From: Squalus acanthias
Taxonomy: Eukaryota
DNA length: 64,000 nt
Assembly (NCBI GenBank): GCA_030390025.1
Contig: JASTWF010000355.1
Location: 310,001-374,000, forward strand
Direction: 5' to 3'
Under the pieces are notes generated by a model, which was not told the origin of the DNA, did not search any database, and was given only the letters and a program-made list of their open reading frames with translations. Shown here in pieces: positions 28,201 to 42,065 of the stretch; positions within the stretch are counted from its first letter, which is position 1; each line of letters opens with the position of its first letter. A program made the translations under genes and the position numbers.

Positions 28201-28440
28201 TGCTCCCGCACTCTGATTCGTTCCTGGGTGTAAAGTAAGAACCAATTCCTACAGAGTGAAAAGTTAGGGAATGCAAAGGCGAACCTAGGGAGCTCCTCCT
28301 TCCAATCCTTACAGAACTAACTCCCTCACTCACTCAACTCTCAGCACTCTGTTCAAACCGCACTTAGTGCAGATCGCACTGCGAAGCCTGTTTTTATAGG
28401 CCTAGTTTCCCTAATAAACTGCATTCAGCTGCTTTGAATT
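25272..28440 (-). mobile_element. CR1 LINE with 5'UTR, ORF1 (zinc finger/leucine zipper + SGNH esterase), internally deleted ORF2 and 3' tail
   Basis: CRKCLQLQLLEIRISDLELRL; IVVGDSIVRG; HIGTND; RT motifs; deletion junction near 26945; AAGAACAT-repeat tail. Confidence 0.92.
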
Positions 28441-28680
28441 ATCCTCGGCCTTCTCCGTGGCTGCCGACTCCTTTCAGGTCCGCTGTCCCGGGCCTCCCGC
28501 GCTCTTTATCCTCTCCCTTCGCCCGGGCTGCCGACTCCTTTCAGGTCCGCTGTCCTCGGCCTCCCGCGCTCTTTATCCTCTGCCTTCTCCGGCGCTGCCG
28601 ACTCCTTTCAGGTCCGCTGTCCTCGGCCTCCCGCGCTCTTTATCCTCTGCCTCCTCCGGGGTGCCGACTCCTTTCAGGTC
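28438..28680. repeat. GC-rich 67-bp tandem repeat, ~3.6 copies
   Basis: TGCCGACTCCTTTCAGGTC recurs at ~28461, 28528, 28595, 28661. Confidence 0.9.
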
Positions 28681-29202
28681 GATGTGTCAATTCTACGGCC
28701 ATGTGCATCAACAGTGATTATTTCCTTTAGTCGGCGTAATTTCTCAGGCAGTTTTCTAGCTGCTTCTTTCACTTCAGAATCGTTCCATTCCTGCAAATGA
28801 AGTTCTGATTCGCTGCTGCTTTATTTCTAAGTAAATCACAAAGTATGACAGCAGGAAAAAAATTGAGAAACGAGTGTATCATATCGTCAATCAGTAATCT
28901 GATGTCATGTTGGACACTGAAGGACAGAGAAAACTAATCAGATTACAACTGCTGCAGATTCTCAGTGATTCCTCGTTCTGCGAGAACTATAATTCATTCC
29001 ATTTCTTTGCCGTTGATGACGGAATCAAGAAGCTTACAGAATATTTAGTCCCTGTTCAGAAAGAATCGGTACCCGGCCCAGTGACTGCTTCCTCTGCTCA
29101 AAACAACTGGGAGATCCCATCACTGAACAGATCCTTTCCTTCTCATACTCAGTGTTTATCGTTCACTCCACTCCTCCATATATTCATTATTATTCTTTAC
29201 AG

Positions 29203-29374
29203 AAAGTCACTGATCTCACGGAGATGGGAAACCAAGGGGACAGTTCCAAACTTCTCCTAAATCTGGTGATGGAGAAAGGCTCTCGGGCCCGAAGGGTGAT
29301 GTGGGAATCCTTTGTGAAAATGCGCCATGGGGTACCAAAGCTGGACAAAATACTGAAAGAAATGCAGGAACTTG
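29203..29374 (+). CDS. NLR coding exon 3, second half of death-fold/CARD-like domain
   Basis: Acceptor TTCTTTACAG; KVTDLTEMGNQGDSSKLLLNLVMEKGSRARRVMWESFVKMRHGVPKLDKILKEMQEL; donor G|GTGCGG; phase 0 to 1. Confidence 0.85.
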
Positions 29375-29479
29375 GTGCGGTAAACTCAGACACTGCATTC
29401 AATTTCACATTCAAACAAAGCATGATTTGCTATAATATTACACAGAGCTGATTTAATGAATGCTAATTGATTTAAACAG

Positions 29480-29545
29480 GTTCTGATCCATTTGATTACA
29501 TGAGCATCGCACGAGGTTTATCCGAAGTACCCAGTCAGCTGAAAG
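29480..29545 (+). CDS. NLR coding exon 4, linker
   Basis: TTTAAACAG acceptor, AAG|GTAAGT donor; (G)SDPFDYMSIARGLSEVPSQLK; phase 1 to 1. Confidence 0.82.
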
Positions 29546-29802
29546 GTAAGTGATGAAATGGAGATTTCAAACCATGTATTTCACTTCTGATAATCAGAAT
29601 AATTTGCTGTAGCCGTTTGTTTAGAGGTTTCAGAATCAGGGAATCAGTAGTTCAAAGCCTGGAAAAATAGGATTGGACGTAATTTAGATTTATGATTAAT
29701 CCAAAGCTATTCTGTACAGATTCAAATTACAAGTCAGAACATTTCTGAAGTTCCCTGTAAATATGCGGATGTGGCATCATTTCACTAAATCCATCTGCTG
29801 AA

Positions 29803-30490
29803 AACACACCTGACAGGATCCTGACACACAGAAACCCCATACACACCTGGCAGGATCCTGATACAGTGTGAAACCACATACACACCTGGCAGGATCCTGA
29901 TACACTGTGAAACCCCATACACACCTGGCAGGATCCTGATACACTGTGATCCCCATACACACCTGGCAGGATGCTGATACACTGTGATCCCCATACACAC
30001 CTGGCAGGATGCTGATACACTGTGATCTCCATACACACCTGGCAGGATCCTTATACACTGTGAAATCTCATTCAAACCTGGCAGGATCCTGATACACTGT
30101 GAAACCCCCATACACACCTGGCAGGATCCTGATACACTGTGAAACCCCAAACACACATGGCAGGATCCTGATACACTGTGATCCCCATACACACCTGGCA
30201 GGATCCTGATACACTTTGACACCCCATAAACACCTGGCAGGATCCTGATACACTGTGACACCCCATACACACCTGGCAGGATCCCTATACACTGTGAAAG
30301 CCCATACACACCTGGCAGGATCCTGATTCACTGTGAAACCCCATACACACCAGGCAGGATCCTGAAACACTGGAACCCCAAAAACACCTGGCAGGATTCT
30401 GATACACTGTGAAACCCCATTCACACCTGGCAGGATCCTGATTCAATGAAACCCCAAACACACCTGGCAGGATCCCGATAAAACTGTGAC
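29803..30490. repeat. Minisatellite, ~39-bp unit, ~18 copies
   Basis: CACACCTGGCAGGATCCTGATACACTGTGAAACCCCATA. Confidence 0.96.
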
Positions 30491-33400
30491 ACGTGGGACA
30501 GCTCAACTAATCACAAAGGGGATTCCTAAGATGCTCTTGGGGATTCAATTATATACAGAATCGCCATATGCACAATAGGTTTACGCTAAAATAAATAAGA
30601 TTTTTCACAACATTGAATTAAAAACATCATCACATGTTCAAGAAATAATTAAAATACAATTTAATTAAACATTTATACAAAAATTTAATTTTTTGAAAAA
30701 TAAATATTTTTAAAGAGGCCAAAAGTAAGCTAAACTATTTTTAAATGCAAGGGAATGTTTAAACCATCTAAAAAATTATATTTTAATAGCCTGAAATTTG
30801 TGGTCAGAAGCAAAGCAAAGGCGTTTGCTGCTTTTTAAAACATTGTTTATGGAATGTGCTCTTCGCTGGCAAGGCCTGCCTTTATTGCACATCCCTAATT
30901 GCCTTTGTGAAGGTGGTGGTGAGCCACCATCTTGAACCGCTGCAGTTCGTGTGGTGAAGGTACTCCCACAGTGCTGTTAGGGAGGGAGTTCCAGGATTTT
31001 GAACCAGCGACGATGAACAATCGGCGATATACTTCCCAAGTCAGGATGGTGTGTGACTCGGAGTGGAACTTGGAGGGGGTGGTATTCCCATGCGCCTGCT
31101 GCCCTTGTCCTTCTAGCTGGATGAGGTCAAGGGTTTGGGAGGTGCTGCCGAAGAAGCCTTGACAAGTTGGTGCAGTGCATCTTGCAGCAACGGTGCGCCG
31201 GTGGTGGAGGGAGTGAATGTTTAAGGTGGTGGATGGGGTGTCAATCAAGCAGGTTACTTTGTCCTGGATGGTGTCGAGCTTCTTGAGTGTTGTTTGAGCT
31301 GTACTAATCAAGTCAAGTCAGGGTAATCCATCACACTCCTTACTTGTGACTTATAGGTGGTGGAAAGGCTTTGGAAAATCAGGAGTTGAGACACTCCACG
31401 CAGAATACCTAGCCTCTGACCTGCTTTTGTTGCCACAGTATTTATGTGGCTGGTACAGTTAAGTTTCTGTTCAATGATGATCCGCAGCATATTGATGGTG
31501 GTGGATTCGGCGATGGTAATGCCATTGAATGTCATGGGGAGGTGGTTAGACTCCCGCATGTTGGAAATAATCATTGCCTGGCTTTTGTGTGGAGCAAATG
31601 TTACCTGCCACTTATCAGCCCAAGCCTGAACGTCGTCCAGGTCTTGCTGCATGCCGGCATGGACTGCTTCATTACCTAAGGAGTTGAGTGGCGCTGGACA
31701 CTGTGCATTCAGAAGCGAACACCCCCATTTCTGACCTTATGTTGGAGGGAAGGTCATTGATGAAGCCGCCGAAGAAGGTTGGGCCGAGGACACTGCCCTG
31801 AGCAACTCCTGAAGCGATGTCCTGGGGCTGTGATGATTGACCTGCAACCACCACAACCATCTTCCTTTGTGCACGGCATAAGAACACAATAAATAGGGTC
31901 AGGAGTAGGCCATTCGGCCCTTCAAGCCTGCTCCGCCATTCAATGAGATCACGGCTGATCTTCTGCCTCAACTCCATTCACTGGCCCTATCGCCATGTCC
32001 CTTGATTCCCTTACTAGTCAGAAATCTATCGACTTCTGTTTTGAATATACCCAATGACTGAGCCTCCACAGCCCTCTGGGGTAGAGAATTCCAAAGATTC
32101 ACCAACCTCTGAAGAAATGTCTTCTCCTCTCAGGCCTGAATTTCCTACCCTTTATCCTGAGGCTGTGGCCCCTGTTTCTAGACTCCCCAGCCAAGGGAAA
32201 CATTCTCCCAGTATCCACCCTATCAAGCACAGTAATAATTTTGTATGCTTCAATGAGATCCCCTCTCATTCTTCTGAATTCAAGAGAATACAGGCCTAGT
32301 TTACTCAATCTCTTCACATACAACAGTCCCGCCATCCCAGGAATCAAGCTCTTGAACATTCGTTGTACTCCCTCTAAGGCAAGTATATCCTTCCTTAAGT
32401 AAGGAGATCAAAATTGTACACAGTACTCCAGGTGTGGTCTCACCAAGGCCCTATATAATTGGAGCAAGACTTCTTTACTCTTGCACTCAAATTCTCTTGT
32501 AATGAAGGCCAGCATACCATTTACCTTCGTAATGGCTTGCTGCACCTGCACATTCACTTTCAGTGACTCATAAACAAGGACACCCAGTACCCTTTGAGCA
32601 TCTGCATTCACCAATCTTTCACCATTTCGGAATTACTCCGCCTTTCTGTTTTCTCTACCAAAGTGGATAACTTCACATTTATCCACATTATATTCCATCT
32701 GCCATGTTCTCGCCCACTCAATGCGCATGTCGAGATCCTCTTCACATCCTCTTCACAACTGACACTCTAACCTAGCTTTGTATCATCAGCAAATTTATAA
32801 ATGTTACATTGAGTCCCCTCATCCAAATCGTGGATATAGATTGTGAATAGCAAGGGCCCAAGCACCGATCCTTGCGGTACCCCACAAGTCACAGCCTGCC
32901 ATCCTGAAAAAGACCCATTTATCCCTACTCTTTGTTTTCTGTCTGTTAACCAATTCTCAATCCATGCTATTATATTCTCCCCAATTCCATGTGCCCTAAT
33001 TTTGTTCACCAACCTCTTGTGTGGGACCTTATCGAAGGCCTTCTGAATACCCAAACACACCACATCTACCGGTTGCCCTTTGACTACTCCACTAGTTACA
33101 TCCTCAAAGATGACAACCAATGTGTCCACTATCCCAATGGCCACCTCTTTCAAAACCCTATGAGGTATGTCATCCGGTCCTTGAGATTTATTGAGTTTTA
33201 GTCCCATTAATTTTGATGCTACTGTTTTTTTTACTAATGATTTCTTTAAGTTCTTCATTCTCGTCACACCCTTGCTTTTCTCGTATTTCTGGGAGGTTTT
33301 TTGTGTCTCCCTCGGTGAAGACAGAAACAAAGTATTTATTTAATTTCTTAGCCATTTCCTCATTCCCCATTATAAATTCTCTCGTCTCTGAATGTAAAGG

Positions 33401-33885
33401 ACCTACATTTACCTTCGCCAGTCTTTTTCTTTTCACATACATATAGAAGCATTTACAATCCGTTTTAATATCTTTCGCCAGCTTGTGCTCATATTCCATT
33501 TTCCCTTTCTTTATCAATTTCTTCGTCCCCCTTTGCTGATTTCTAAAAGGATCCCAATCCTCAGGCTGACCGCTTTTTCTGGCAACTTTATAAGCTTCTT
33601 CCTTTGACTTAATACTAGTTTTAATTTCTTTTGTTAGCCATGGTTGGATCACTTTTCCTTTTGGGTTATTATGCCCTAGAGAAATATATGTTTGTTGCAA
33701 ATTATGCAGCATTTCCTTGAATGTATCCATTGTATGTCCACCTTCATACCTTTTAGTGTAGTCTCCCAATCTACCTGGCCAACTCGTCCTTCATTCCCTT
33801 GTAGTTTCCTCTATTTAGATTGAAGACCTTAATTTCAGATTGGACTACATCACTCTCAAACTTAATGTAAAAGTCAATCATATTA

Positions 33886-36800
33886 GAGTCATACAGCAAA
33901 AGAGCACAGAAAGAGGCCCTTCGGCCCATCGTGTCCGCGCCGGCCATCAAGCCCTGTCTATTCTAATCCCATTTTTCAGCATTTGGTCCGTAGCATTGTA
34001 TGCTATGGCGTTTCAAGTCCTCATCTAAATGCTGCTTGAATGTTGTGAGGGTTCCTGCCTCTACCACACTTTCAGGCAGTGAGTTCCAGATTCCAACCAC
34101 CATCTGGGTGAAAACGTTTTTCCTCAAAAATCCCCTTTACACCTCCTGCCCCTTATCTTGAAGCAATGCCCCCTGGTTATTGATCCCTCTACTAAGGGGA
34201 AAAGTTCCTTTCTACCTACCCTATCAATGCCCCTCATAATGTTGTACACCTCAATCAGGTCCCCCCTCAGCCTTCTCTGCTCGAAGGAAAACAACCCCAG
34301 CCTGTCCAATCTCTCTTCATAGCAGAAGCGCTCCAGCCCAGGTAACATCCTGCTGAATCTCCTCTGCACCCTCTCCAATGCAATTATATCCGTCCTAAAG
34401 TGTGGCGACCAGAACTGCACACAGTATTCCAGCTGTAGCCTAACTAGCGTTTAGTACAGCTCCATCATAAACTCCCTGCTCTTATATTCTATGCCTCGGT
34501 TAAGGAAGGGAGGTATCCCATATGCCTTTTTAACGACCTTATCTAGCTTTCCTGCTTCCATCAGTGATCTATGTACATGCACACCAAGGTCCCTCTGATC
34601 CTCTGTCCTTCCTAGGGTCCTACCATTCATTCTGTATATCATTGCCTTGTTAGTGCTCCCAAAATGCATCACCTCACACTTTTCAGGGTTAAATTCCATT
34701 TGCCACTGTTCTGCCCATCTAACCACCCCATCTATATTGTCCTGTAGCCTGAGGCTTCCCTCCTCGCTATTTACCACTGCAACAATTTTCAATGCAATTA
34801 TATCCTTCCTAAAGTGTGGCGTCCAGAACTGCACACAGTATTCCAGCTTTAGCCTAACTAGCGTTTTGTACAGCTCCATCATAAACTCCCTGCTCCTATA
34901 TTCTATGCCTCGGTTAATGAAGTCAAATATCCCATATGCCTTTTTAACGACCTTATCTACCTGTCCTGCTTCCATCAGTGATCTATGTACATGCACACCA
35001 AGGTCCCTCTGATCCTCTGTCCTTCTTAGGGTCCTACCATTCATTGTTTATTCCCTTGCCTTGTTAGTCCTCCCAAAATGCATCACCTCACACTTTTCAG
35101 GGTTAAATTCCATTTGCCACTGTTCTGCCCATCTAACCACCTCATCTATATTTTCCTGTAGCCTGAGGCTTCACTCCTCGCTATTTACCACTCCACCAAT
35201 TTTCGTGTCATCTGCGAACATACTGATCATACCTCCTATATACATATCTAAATCATTAATCTGGACTACAAATAGCAAATGACCCAGCACCGATCCCTGT
35301 GGTACAACACTGGACACAGGCTTCCAGTCACAAAAACAACCTTCGACCATCACCCTCTGCCTCCTGCCAGTAAGCCAATTTTGGATCCAATGTGCTAAAT
35401 TGCCCTGGCTCCCATGGGCTCTTTCATTCTTGACCAGTCTCCCATGTGGGACTTTGTCAAAAGCCTTACGGAAGTTCCTGTAGACTACATCAACTGCACT
35501 AGCCTCATCCACACACCTAGTCACCCCCTCTCAAAATTCTATCAAATTGATTAGACATGATCTCCCCCTGACAAACCCGTGCTGACTATTCTTGATTAAT
35601 CCTTGCCTCTCGAAGTGGAGACTAATTCTGCCCCTCAGAATTTTTTCCAATAATTTCCCTACCTCTGATGTTAGGCTCACTGGCCTGTAATTCCCTGGTT
35701 TATCCCTGATAACCTTCTTGAATAATGGCACTACGGTAGCTATTCTCCAGTCCTCTGGCACCTCCCCTGTAGCCAGAGAGTTCTGAAAATTTGTGTCGGA
35801 GCCCCTGCAATCTCCTGCCTTGCCTCACACAGCAGCCTGGGATACATCTCGTCTGGGCCTGGGGATTTATCCACTTCTAAGCCTGCTAAAACCGCTATTA
35901 CCTCCTCCCTCCCAATACTAATTTGTTCAAGTATATTACAATCCCCCTGCCTGATTTCTATGCCTATATCGTCCTTCTCCATAGTGAACACAGATGCAAT
36001 ATATTCATTTAAAACCTCACCTACATCTTCCGGCTCTGCACAAAGATTGCCACTTTGGTCCCTAATGGGCCTTACCCTTTCCCTGGTTATCCTCTTGCCC
36101 TTAATATACTTATAAAACACCTTGGGATTTTCCTTTATTTTGCCCGCCAATGTTTTTTCATGCCCCCTCTTCGCTCTCCTAATTTGTTAAGTACCTCCCT
36201 GCACTTTCTATACTCCTTTAGGGCTTCCACTGTTTTTAGTCCTTTGTATCTGCCAAAAGCCTCCCTTTTTTCCCTAATCCATTCTTGTATATCCCTTGAC
36301 ATCCAGGGTTCCCTGGGCATGTTGGTCCCACTCTTAACCTTTACGGGAACATGTTGGCGTTGTACTCTCTCTATTTCCTTTCTGAAAGACTCCCACTGCT
36401 CTGATGTGAATTTTCCGGCAAGTATCTGATCCCAGTCCACTTTGGCCAGGTCCTGCCTTATCGTATTAAAATCGGCCTTCCCCCAATTTAGAACATGTAT
36501 TTCTGGTCCATCTTTGTCCTTTTCCATGACTACCTGAAATCACACCGAATTATGGTCACTGCCACCAAAATGCTCTCCTACTGACACTTCTACCACTTGC
36601 CCGGCTACAGTCCATAGAATTAGGTCCAGTACCGCCCCCTCTCTTGTAGAACTTTCTACATGCTGGTTCAAAAAGCTCTCCTGGATGCACTTTAAGAATT
36701 CTGCACCCTCTAATCCTTTCACACTCTGACTATCCCATTTAATATTGGGGAAGTTTAAATCCCCTACTGTTATTATCCTATTATTTCTACACTTCTCTGA

Positions 36801-36903
36801 GATTTGCTTACATATCTGTTCCTCTATCTCCCCCTGAGTGTTTGGGGGCCTATAGTACACTCCCAGTAAAGTGCTTGCCCCCTTTTTGATTTTAAGTTCT
36901 ACC
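33886..36903 (-). mobile_element. CR1 LINE 'B' nested in CR1 A, with internal 414-bp tandem duplication
   Basis: Own 3' end at ~33886; CATATTA at 33879-33885 and 36904-36910; APE-RT ORF fragments. Confidence 0.88.
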
Positions 36904-36998
36904 CATATTATGGTCACTTGTCCCTAAAGGCCGCTTTACTACAAGATTATTGATTAGCCCTTTCTCATTACAAAGTACCAGATCCAGAATAGCCTGTT

Positions 36999-37408
36999 TT
37001 ATATCACATTTATATTTTATTTTATCCACCCTTTTATTTGTCCCCCCCCACCTTTTTTTTTTTTTCCTCCTAGAAGCTGGCAGCTGTCTTTCATTCTGCC
37101 AGTGGATTTCACACTTCATTCAGCCTTAATCTGTCACATTAACACCACCTCTAGCCTTGCATATCTCTTAATGTCTCTTAATGTCTCTTCATCTCCCCCT
37201 TTGTTCCTTTATCCCCTCCCCCTTTTCCCAGCTTTACCCTGGCCTTAAATCTATTTGATTTCCGGCTCTTCCCAGTTCTGATGAAAGGTCATCGACCTGA
37301 AACGTCAACTCTCTTTCTCTCTCCACGGATGCTGCCTGGCCTGCTGAGTTTTTCCAGCGTTTTCTGTTGTTATTTCGGATTTCCAGCATCCGCAGTATTT
37401 TGCTATCG
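36999..37408 (+). mobile_element. PLE family B 3' fragment with 9-bp TSD
   Basis: TAGCCTGTT at 36990-36998 and 37409-37417; matches the 3' region of 50878-52185. Confidence 0.82.
37274..37310 (+). ncRNA. Minimal hammerhead ribozyme motif (PLE family B)
   Basis: AGTT-CTGATGA-A-AGGTC(atc)GACCT-GAA-ACGT-C-AACT; GUC cleavage triplet. Confidence 0.8.
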
Positions 37409-39889
37409 TAGCCTGTTCCCTGGTTGGTTCCTCCACATACTGATGCAGGAAACCATCTCGCATGCATTCCAAGAAATCGTCCTCCACACCATTAGTGTTA
37501 ATTTGATTTGCCCAGTCAATATGTAGATTAAAGTCCCCCATGATTACCGTATTGCCCTTGTGACATGCACTTCTAATTTCTTGATTGATACTGTGCCCTA
37601 CATTACCACTACTGTTTGGTGGCCTATAAACAACTCCCACCAATGTTAAGTGCCCTGGAACATTCACTTCCCAGCTTTGGTTACCCTGCAACCATATCTG
37701 TGTAATGGCAATTACATCATACCCATTTACTTCCATTAACGCTATTAATTCATCCACCTTGTTGCGAATGCTACGTGCATTTCGATAAAGTGCCTTCAAC
37801 TTTGCTTGTCTAATATTTTTCTGCACTTTGATCCTCTTTACTGTTGGCCTTTTTTTCTGCTCCCTACTAGTTTTGCTGACTACTTTTCTAACTTGCACTT
37901 CCAGTTTTATTTCTCTCAGTTCTGGGCCCACATTTAGGTTCCCAGCCCCCTTGACAAACTCATTTAAATCCTTCCCAACAGCACTAGCAAATCCCCCTGC
38001 GAGGATATTGGTCACGGTTCTGCCGAGGTTTAATCCGTCCAGCTTGTACAGGTCCCACCTTCCCCGGAATCGGTCCGAATGCCTCAGGAATTTAAATCCC
38101 TCCCTCCTACACCATCTCTCCAGCCACGCATTCATCTGATCTATTCTCCTGTTTCTGCTCTCACTCTCAGGGCCACGTTCTAGCAATCCTTAGATTACTA
38201 CCTTTTGAGGTCCTGCTTTTTAATTTATTTCCTAGCTCCCTATATACTGCTTGCAAGACCTCGACCCTCTTTCTACCTATGTCGTTGGTACCGATATGGA
38301 CCATGACCTCTGGCTGTTCACCCTCCCCTTCAGAATATTCTGCAGCCGCTCAGTGACATCCTTGACGCTGGCACCAGGGAGGCAACATGCCATCCTGGAG
38401 TCACGTCTGCGGCCACGGAAACGTCTATCTGTTCCCCTTACGATCGAATCCCCTATCACGATTGCTCTCCCACACTTTTTCCTCCCCTCCTCTGCAGCTG
38501 AGCCACTCGTAGTACCACGGACTTGGCTCTTGCTGCATTCCCCGGAGAAACCATCTCCCCCAGCAGTATCCAAAATGGAAAATCTGTTGGAGAGGGAGAT
38601 GGACCAAGGGGACTCCTGCAATATCTTCCTTGTTATTTTACTCTGTCTGGCCGTCACCCATTCCCTTTCTTTACTTGCGGTGTTGTCACCTATTTAAACG
38701 TGCTATCCACGTAGATCCCAGCCTCGCGGATGCTCCACAGTGACTCCAGCCGCAGCTCCAGATCCGAAACGCGAAACAGCTAGTGGAGAGTTTTTCCTCT
38801 GATTCCCAATGACTTCAGTTTTACTGGGGCTCCTTCATGTCACACTCGGTAAAATGCTGCCTTGATGTCAAGGGCAGTCACTGTCACCTCACCTCTGGAA
38901 TTCAGCTCCTTTGTCCATGTTTGGACCAAGGTTGTAATGAGGTCGGGAGGCGAGTGGCTTGGCGGACCCCAAACTGGTCATCAGTGAGCAGGTTATTGGT
39001 GAGTAAGTGCCGCTTGATAGCACTGTCGATGACAACTTCCATCACTTTGCTGATGATTGACAGTAGACTGATGGGGTGGCTAGTTCTGGAGCACAAGTCT
39101 TCAGCACTGCAGCCGGGATGTTGTCAGGGCCCACAGCCTTTGCTGTATCCCGTGCGGTCTCTTGATGATATCTGGAGTGAATTTTGTTGGCTGAAAACTG
39201 ACTTCTGTGATGGTGTGGACCTCAGGTGGAGGCTGGCCCCGAAGTTCTTTTCACACAAGGTTCTCGCGATCACTGTGTCGAGAACGTTTGTTTTTACCGA
39301 ACTTTAATGCAAATCAACAGAAGTTAATGGAGATTTCCTTTTGCGATAAGCTGTGACCTCAACAGTCTGTCTAAGCAATCAATCTAAAGTCAGAATTCTC
39401 ACAGTGAACAAGGAGGTGAACAATATCATAAAATTGTAATATTTAAAAATGTTAGAGAGATCAAAACAAAGATTGAGGCTCTCAAGGGGGAAAACCAAAC
39501 TTGATATAAAGATGGGCAAACATTAAAATATTTCTTTTGAAAAATTTCTTTAAACAAATATTTCTATTAAAATGAACACATATGACACTGCGCAAAAGTA
39601 AAATTAGTTTCCAGATCCTTACCAGTAGTTTACTAGTAATAACGCTTTAAAAACCCCAGATTCAGCAATTCCTTTCTATCTCAGGACAGTGAGGAATTGG
39701 ACAGCGTACATACTGCGGAAGAGCTGAAGTTCTCTTCAGTTTCCCTGATCTGGTATTTACACTGATCGCCGGCTCTGTGGGGGCAGGTGGTGGGGGGCAC
39801 AGTGCAGCTAGTGTTGGAGCTGTCATTGACAAGACCGCAACTTCAGGATTTTCGCATGCACCTGCTCATGTGCCATGGGTAGCTCTTCA

Positions 39890-40925
39890 CAGTGGCAGAC
39901 GTTGGTTCGTGGTGTTCCACAGGATCAATGCTGGGACCACTGCTATTCACAATTTACATTAACGATTTAGACTTGGGAATCAAAAACACAATTTCTAAAT
40001 TTGCAGATGACACCAATTTGTGGGGGGAGGATAGTCAATACTGAGAAGGACTGCTACAAGTTATAGGAGGCCATTAATAAACTTGCAGAATGGGCATATC
40101 ATTGGCAGATGAAGTTCAACACAGAAAAATGTGGGGTATTACATTTTGGTAAGAAGAATGGGGAGGTCGCCGATCACTTGGAGGGTGCGAGTCTAGGTGG
40201 GGTAGAGCAACAAAGGGATCTCTGAGTACAAATACACAAATCACTAAAAGTTGCGACACAGGTTAGCAAGGACATAAAAAAGCAAACCAAGCACTCGGGT
40301 TTATTTCTGGAGGGATAGAATTAAAAAGTAGGGAAGTTATGCTAAACCTGTATCGAACCTTGGTTAGACCACACTAAGAGCAATGTGTACAGTGCTGGTC
40401 GCCATATTATAAAAAGGCACTGGAGAGGGTGCAGAGAAGAGTTACAAGGATGATACAAGAAATGCGAGGGTATACATATCAGGAAAGGATGGACAGGATG
40501 GGTCTACTTTCTCTTGATAAAAATAAGGCTAAGTGGTGACCTAATATATGTCTTTAAAATTATGAAACATTTTGACAGTGGAAAGAGAGAGAATGTTTTC
40601 ACTTGTGTGGAAGAGCATAACTAAAGCCCATCAAGAAAGACAGTCACCAAGAAATCCAACAGGGAATTCAGAAGACATTTATTTACCCAAAGAGTGGTGA
40701 GAATGTGGAACTCACTACCACAGGGAGTGGTTGAAGCGAATAGTATGGATGGATTTAAGGGGAGGCTAGACAAGCCTATGAAGGAGAATCGAATAGAGGG
40801 TTATGCTGATAGATTTAGATGAGGAAAGACGGGAGGAGGCTCATGTGGAGCATAAACGCTGGCATGGACTGGTTGGGCCGAATGGCCTGTTTCTGTGCCG
40901 TATATCCGATGTAATCCTATGTAAT
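39890..40925 (+). mobile_element. CR1 LINE 3' fragment
   Basis: GVPQGSMLGP, KFADDT remnants; tail GTAATCCTATGTAAT. Confidence 0.85.
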
Positions 40926-41489
40926 GATTAGGGACAGCCAATGGTCATTTGTCCCAAATGAGCGTTTCTCTATTATAGAGATGAACCCAAATACCCCTCC
41001 TCTCAGTGTATCCACAGAATTGCATTTACTTGTCTCCGTACTCCACTAACACTGCCCCTTTAGTGTCCTTCCCTGATAACTGATCCCCCGCTCTATTAGC
41101 CTTTGGGTAAAAAAGTTACCTTGGTTTCCCTTCCTACTTCTGACATTCAATTTTCTCGGTTATTAATTAATTTGTAAATGTGAGCCTGTTTCCTGCACTA
41201 ATGTCGTGAATTCCATTAAAACGTTTCAATACGGAAGTCTCTTGCCCAACCAAAGCACATCAAACCCCCTCAACCTAAACTCCTAATACCTTGAATAATC
41301 TTTCTCATTCCCCTCTGTACCTTCAGAATGACAGTAACCTTCACCAGTGATCAGGTGACTATAGAAGTGGAGTTAATACACCAGATAACCAGAGTCCTGA
41401 AGCAACAGCAAATTACCTCCTGTTCTTTCACAGTCTGTCTCTCGCTCAGTGCACACAATACCACAGATAACATGTACGAGTCCTAATAT

Positions 41490-42065
41490 AAGGACAGTGG
41501 ATCTCTGTTAAGGATCGGAGAGGATTGAAGAGTGAATTCCAGAGCTTAGGGCCGAGAAAGATGAAAAATGGCTGGCAATGATGGAATGGTGAAAATCTGG
41601 GATGCGCAAGATGCCAGAATTGGAGGAGTGAAGAGATCTCCGGTTGTAGGGCTAGAGGAAGCTACAGGGATTCGGAGGATGAGGTCATGGAGGGATCGGA
41701 ATTAAAAATGAGATTTTTTAAAACGAGGCATTGCCGGACGCGGAGCTGATGTAGGTCAGCGAGGAATGGTGTGATGGGTAAACGGGACTTGGTGCAAGTT
41801 AGGTTAGGGACAGCAGAGTTTTGAATGACCAAGTTTCCAGAGGGTGCAAGGTGGGAGGCCGAACAAGAGCGCTTTGGAATAGGGAGGCTGACCAGGAGAG
41901 GGCTGGAGTAGTTCAATCTGGAGGTAACGAAGTCATTGGTGTGTGTTTCAGCAGCAGATGAGCTGAGGCAAGGGCGGAGACGGCCAATATTATGGAGCTG
42001 GAATTAGGCGGTCTTGGTGATGGAGAGGATATGGGGTTGGAATCTCAGTTAAGGATCAAATTGTC
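41490..42065 (-). mobile_element. L2-type LINE fragment
   Basis: NYSSPLLVSLP..IQNSA..TKSRLPITPFLADLH, typical of the L2 ORF2 C-terminus. Confidence 0.7.

Larger units (their letters stand above)
31878..38775 (-). mobile_element. CR1 LINE 'A' (3' end to ORF1), interrupted at 33886-36903 and 36999-37408
   Basis: Continuous ORF2/ORF1 motifs once the inserts are removed ([37 protein letters not shown]). Confidence 0.88.
30840..39230 (-). mobile_element. Second-family LINE (30840-31875, probably resuming ~38795-39230), split by nested CR1 insertions
   Basis: QQDLDDVQAWADKWQVTFAPHK; GVAQGSVLGP; PISLLSIISKVME..DQFG; some sequence missing between the two parts. Confidence 0.75.

Noticed and set aside
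28907..29260. 117-aa ORF upstream of exon 3
   Set aside because: Different frame from the exon, no recognisable domain; intronic
37305..38186. 293-aa apparent esterase-endonuclease fusion ORF
   Set aside because: Chance read-through of decayed CR1 ORF1, a deleted APE and antisense PLE sequence
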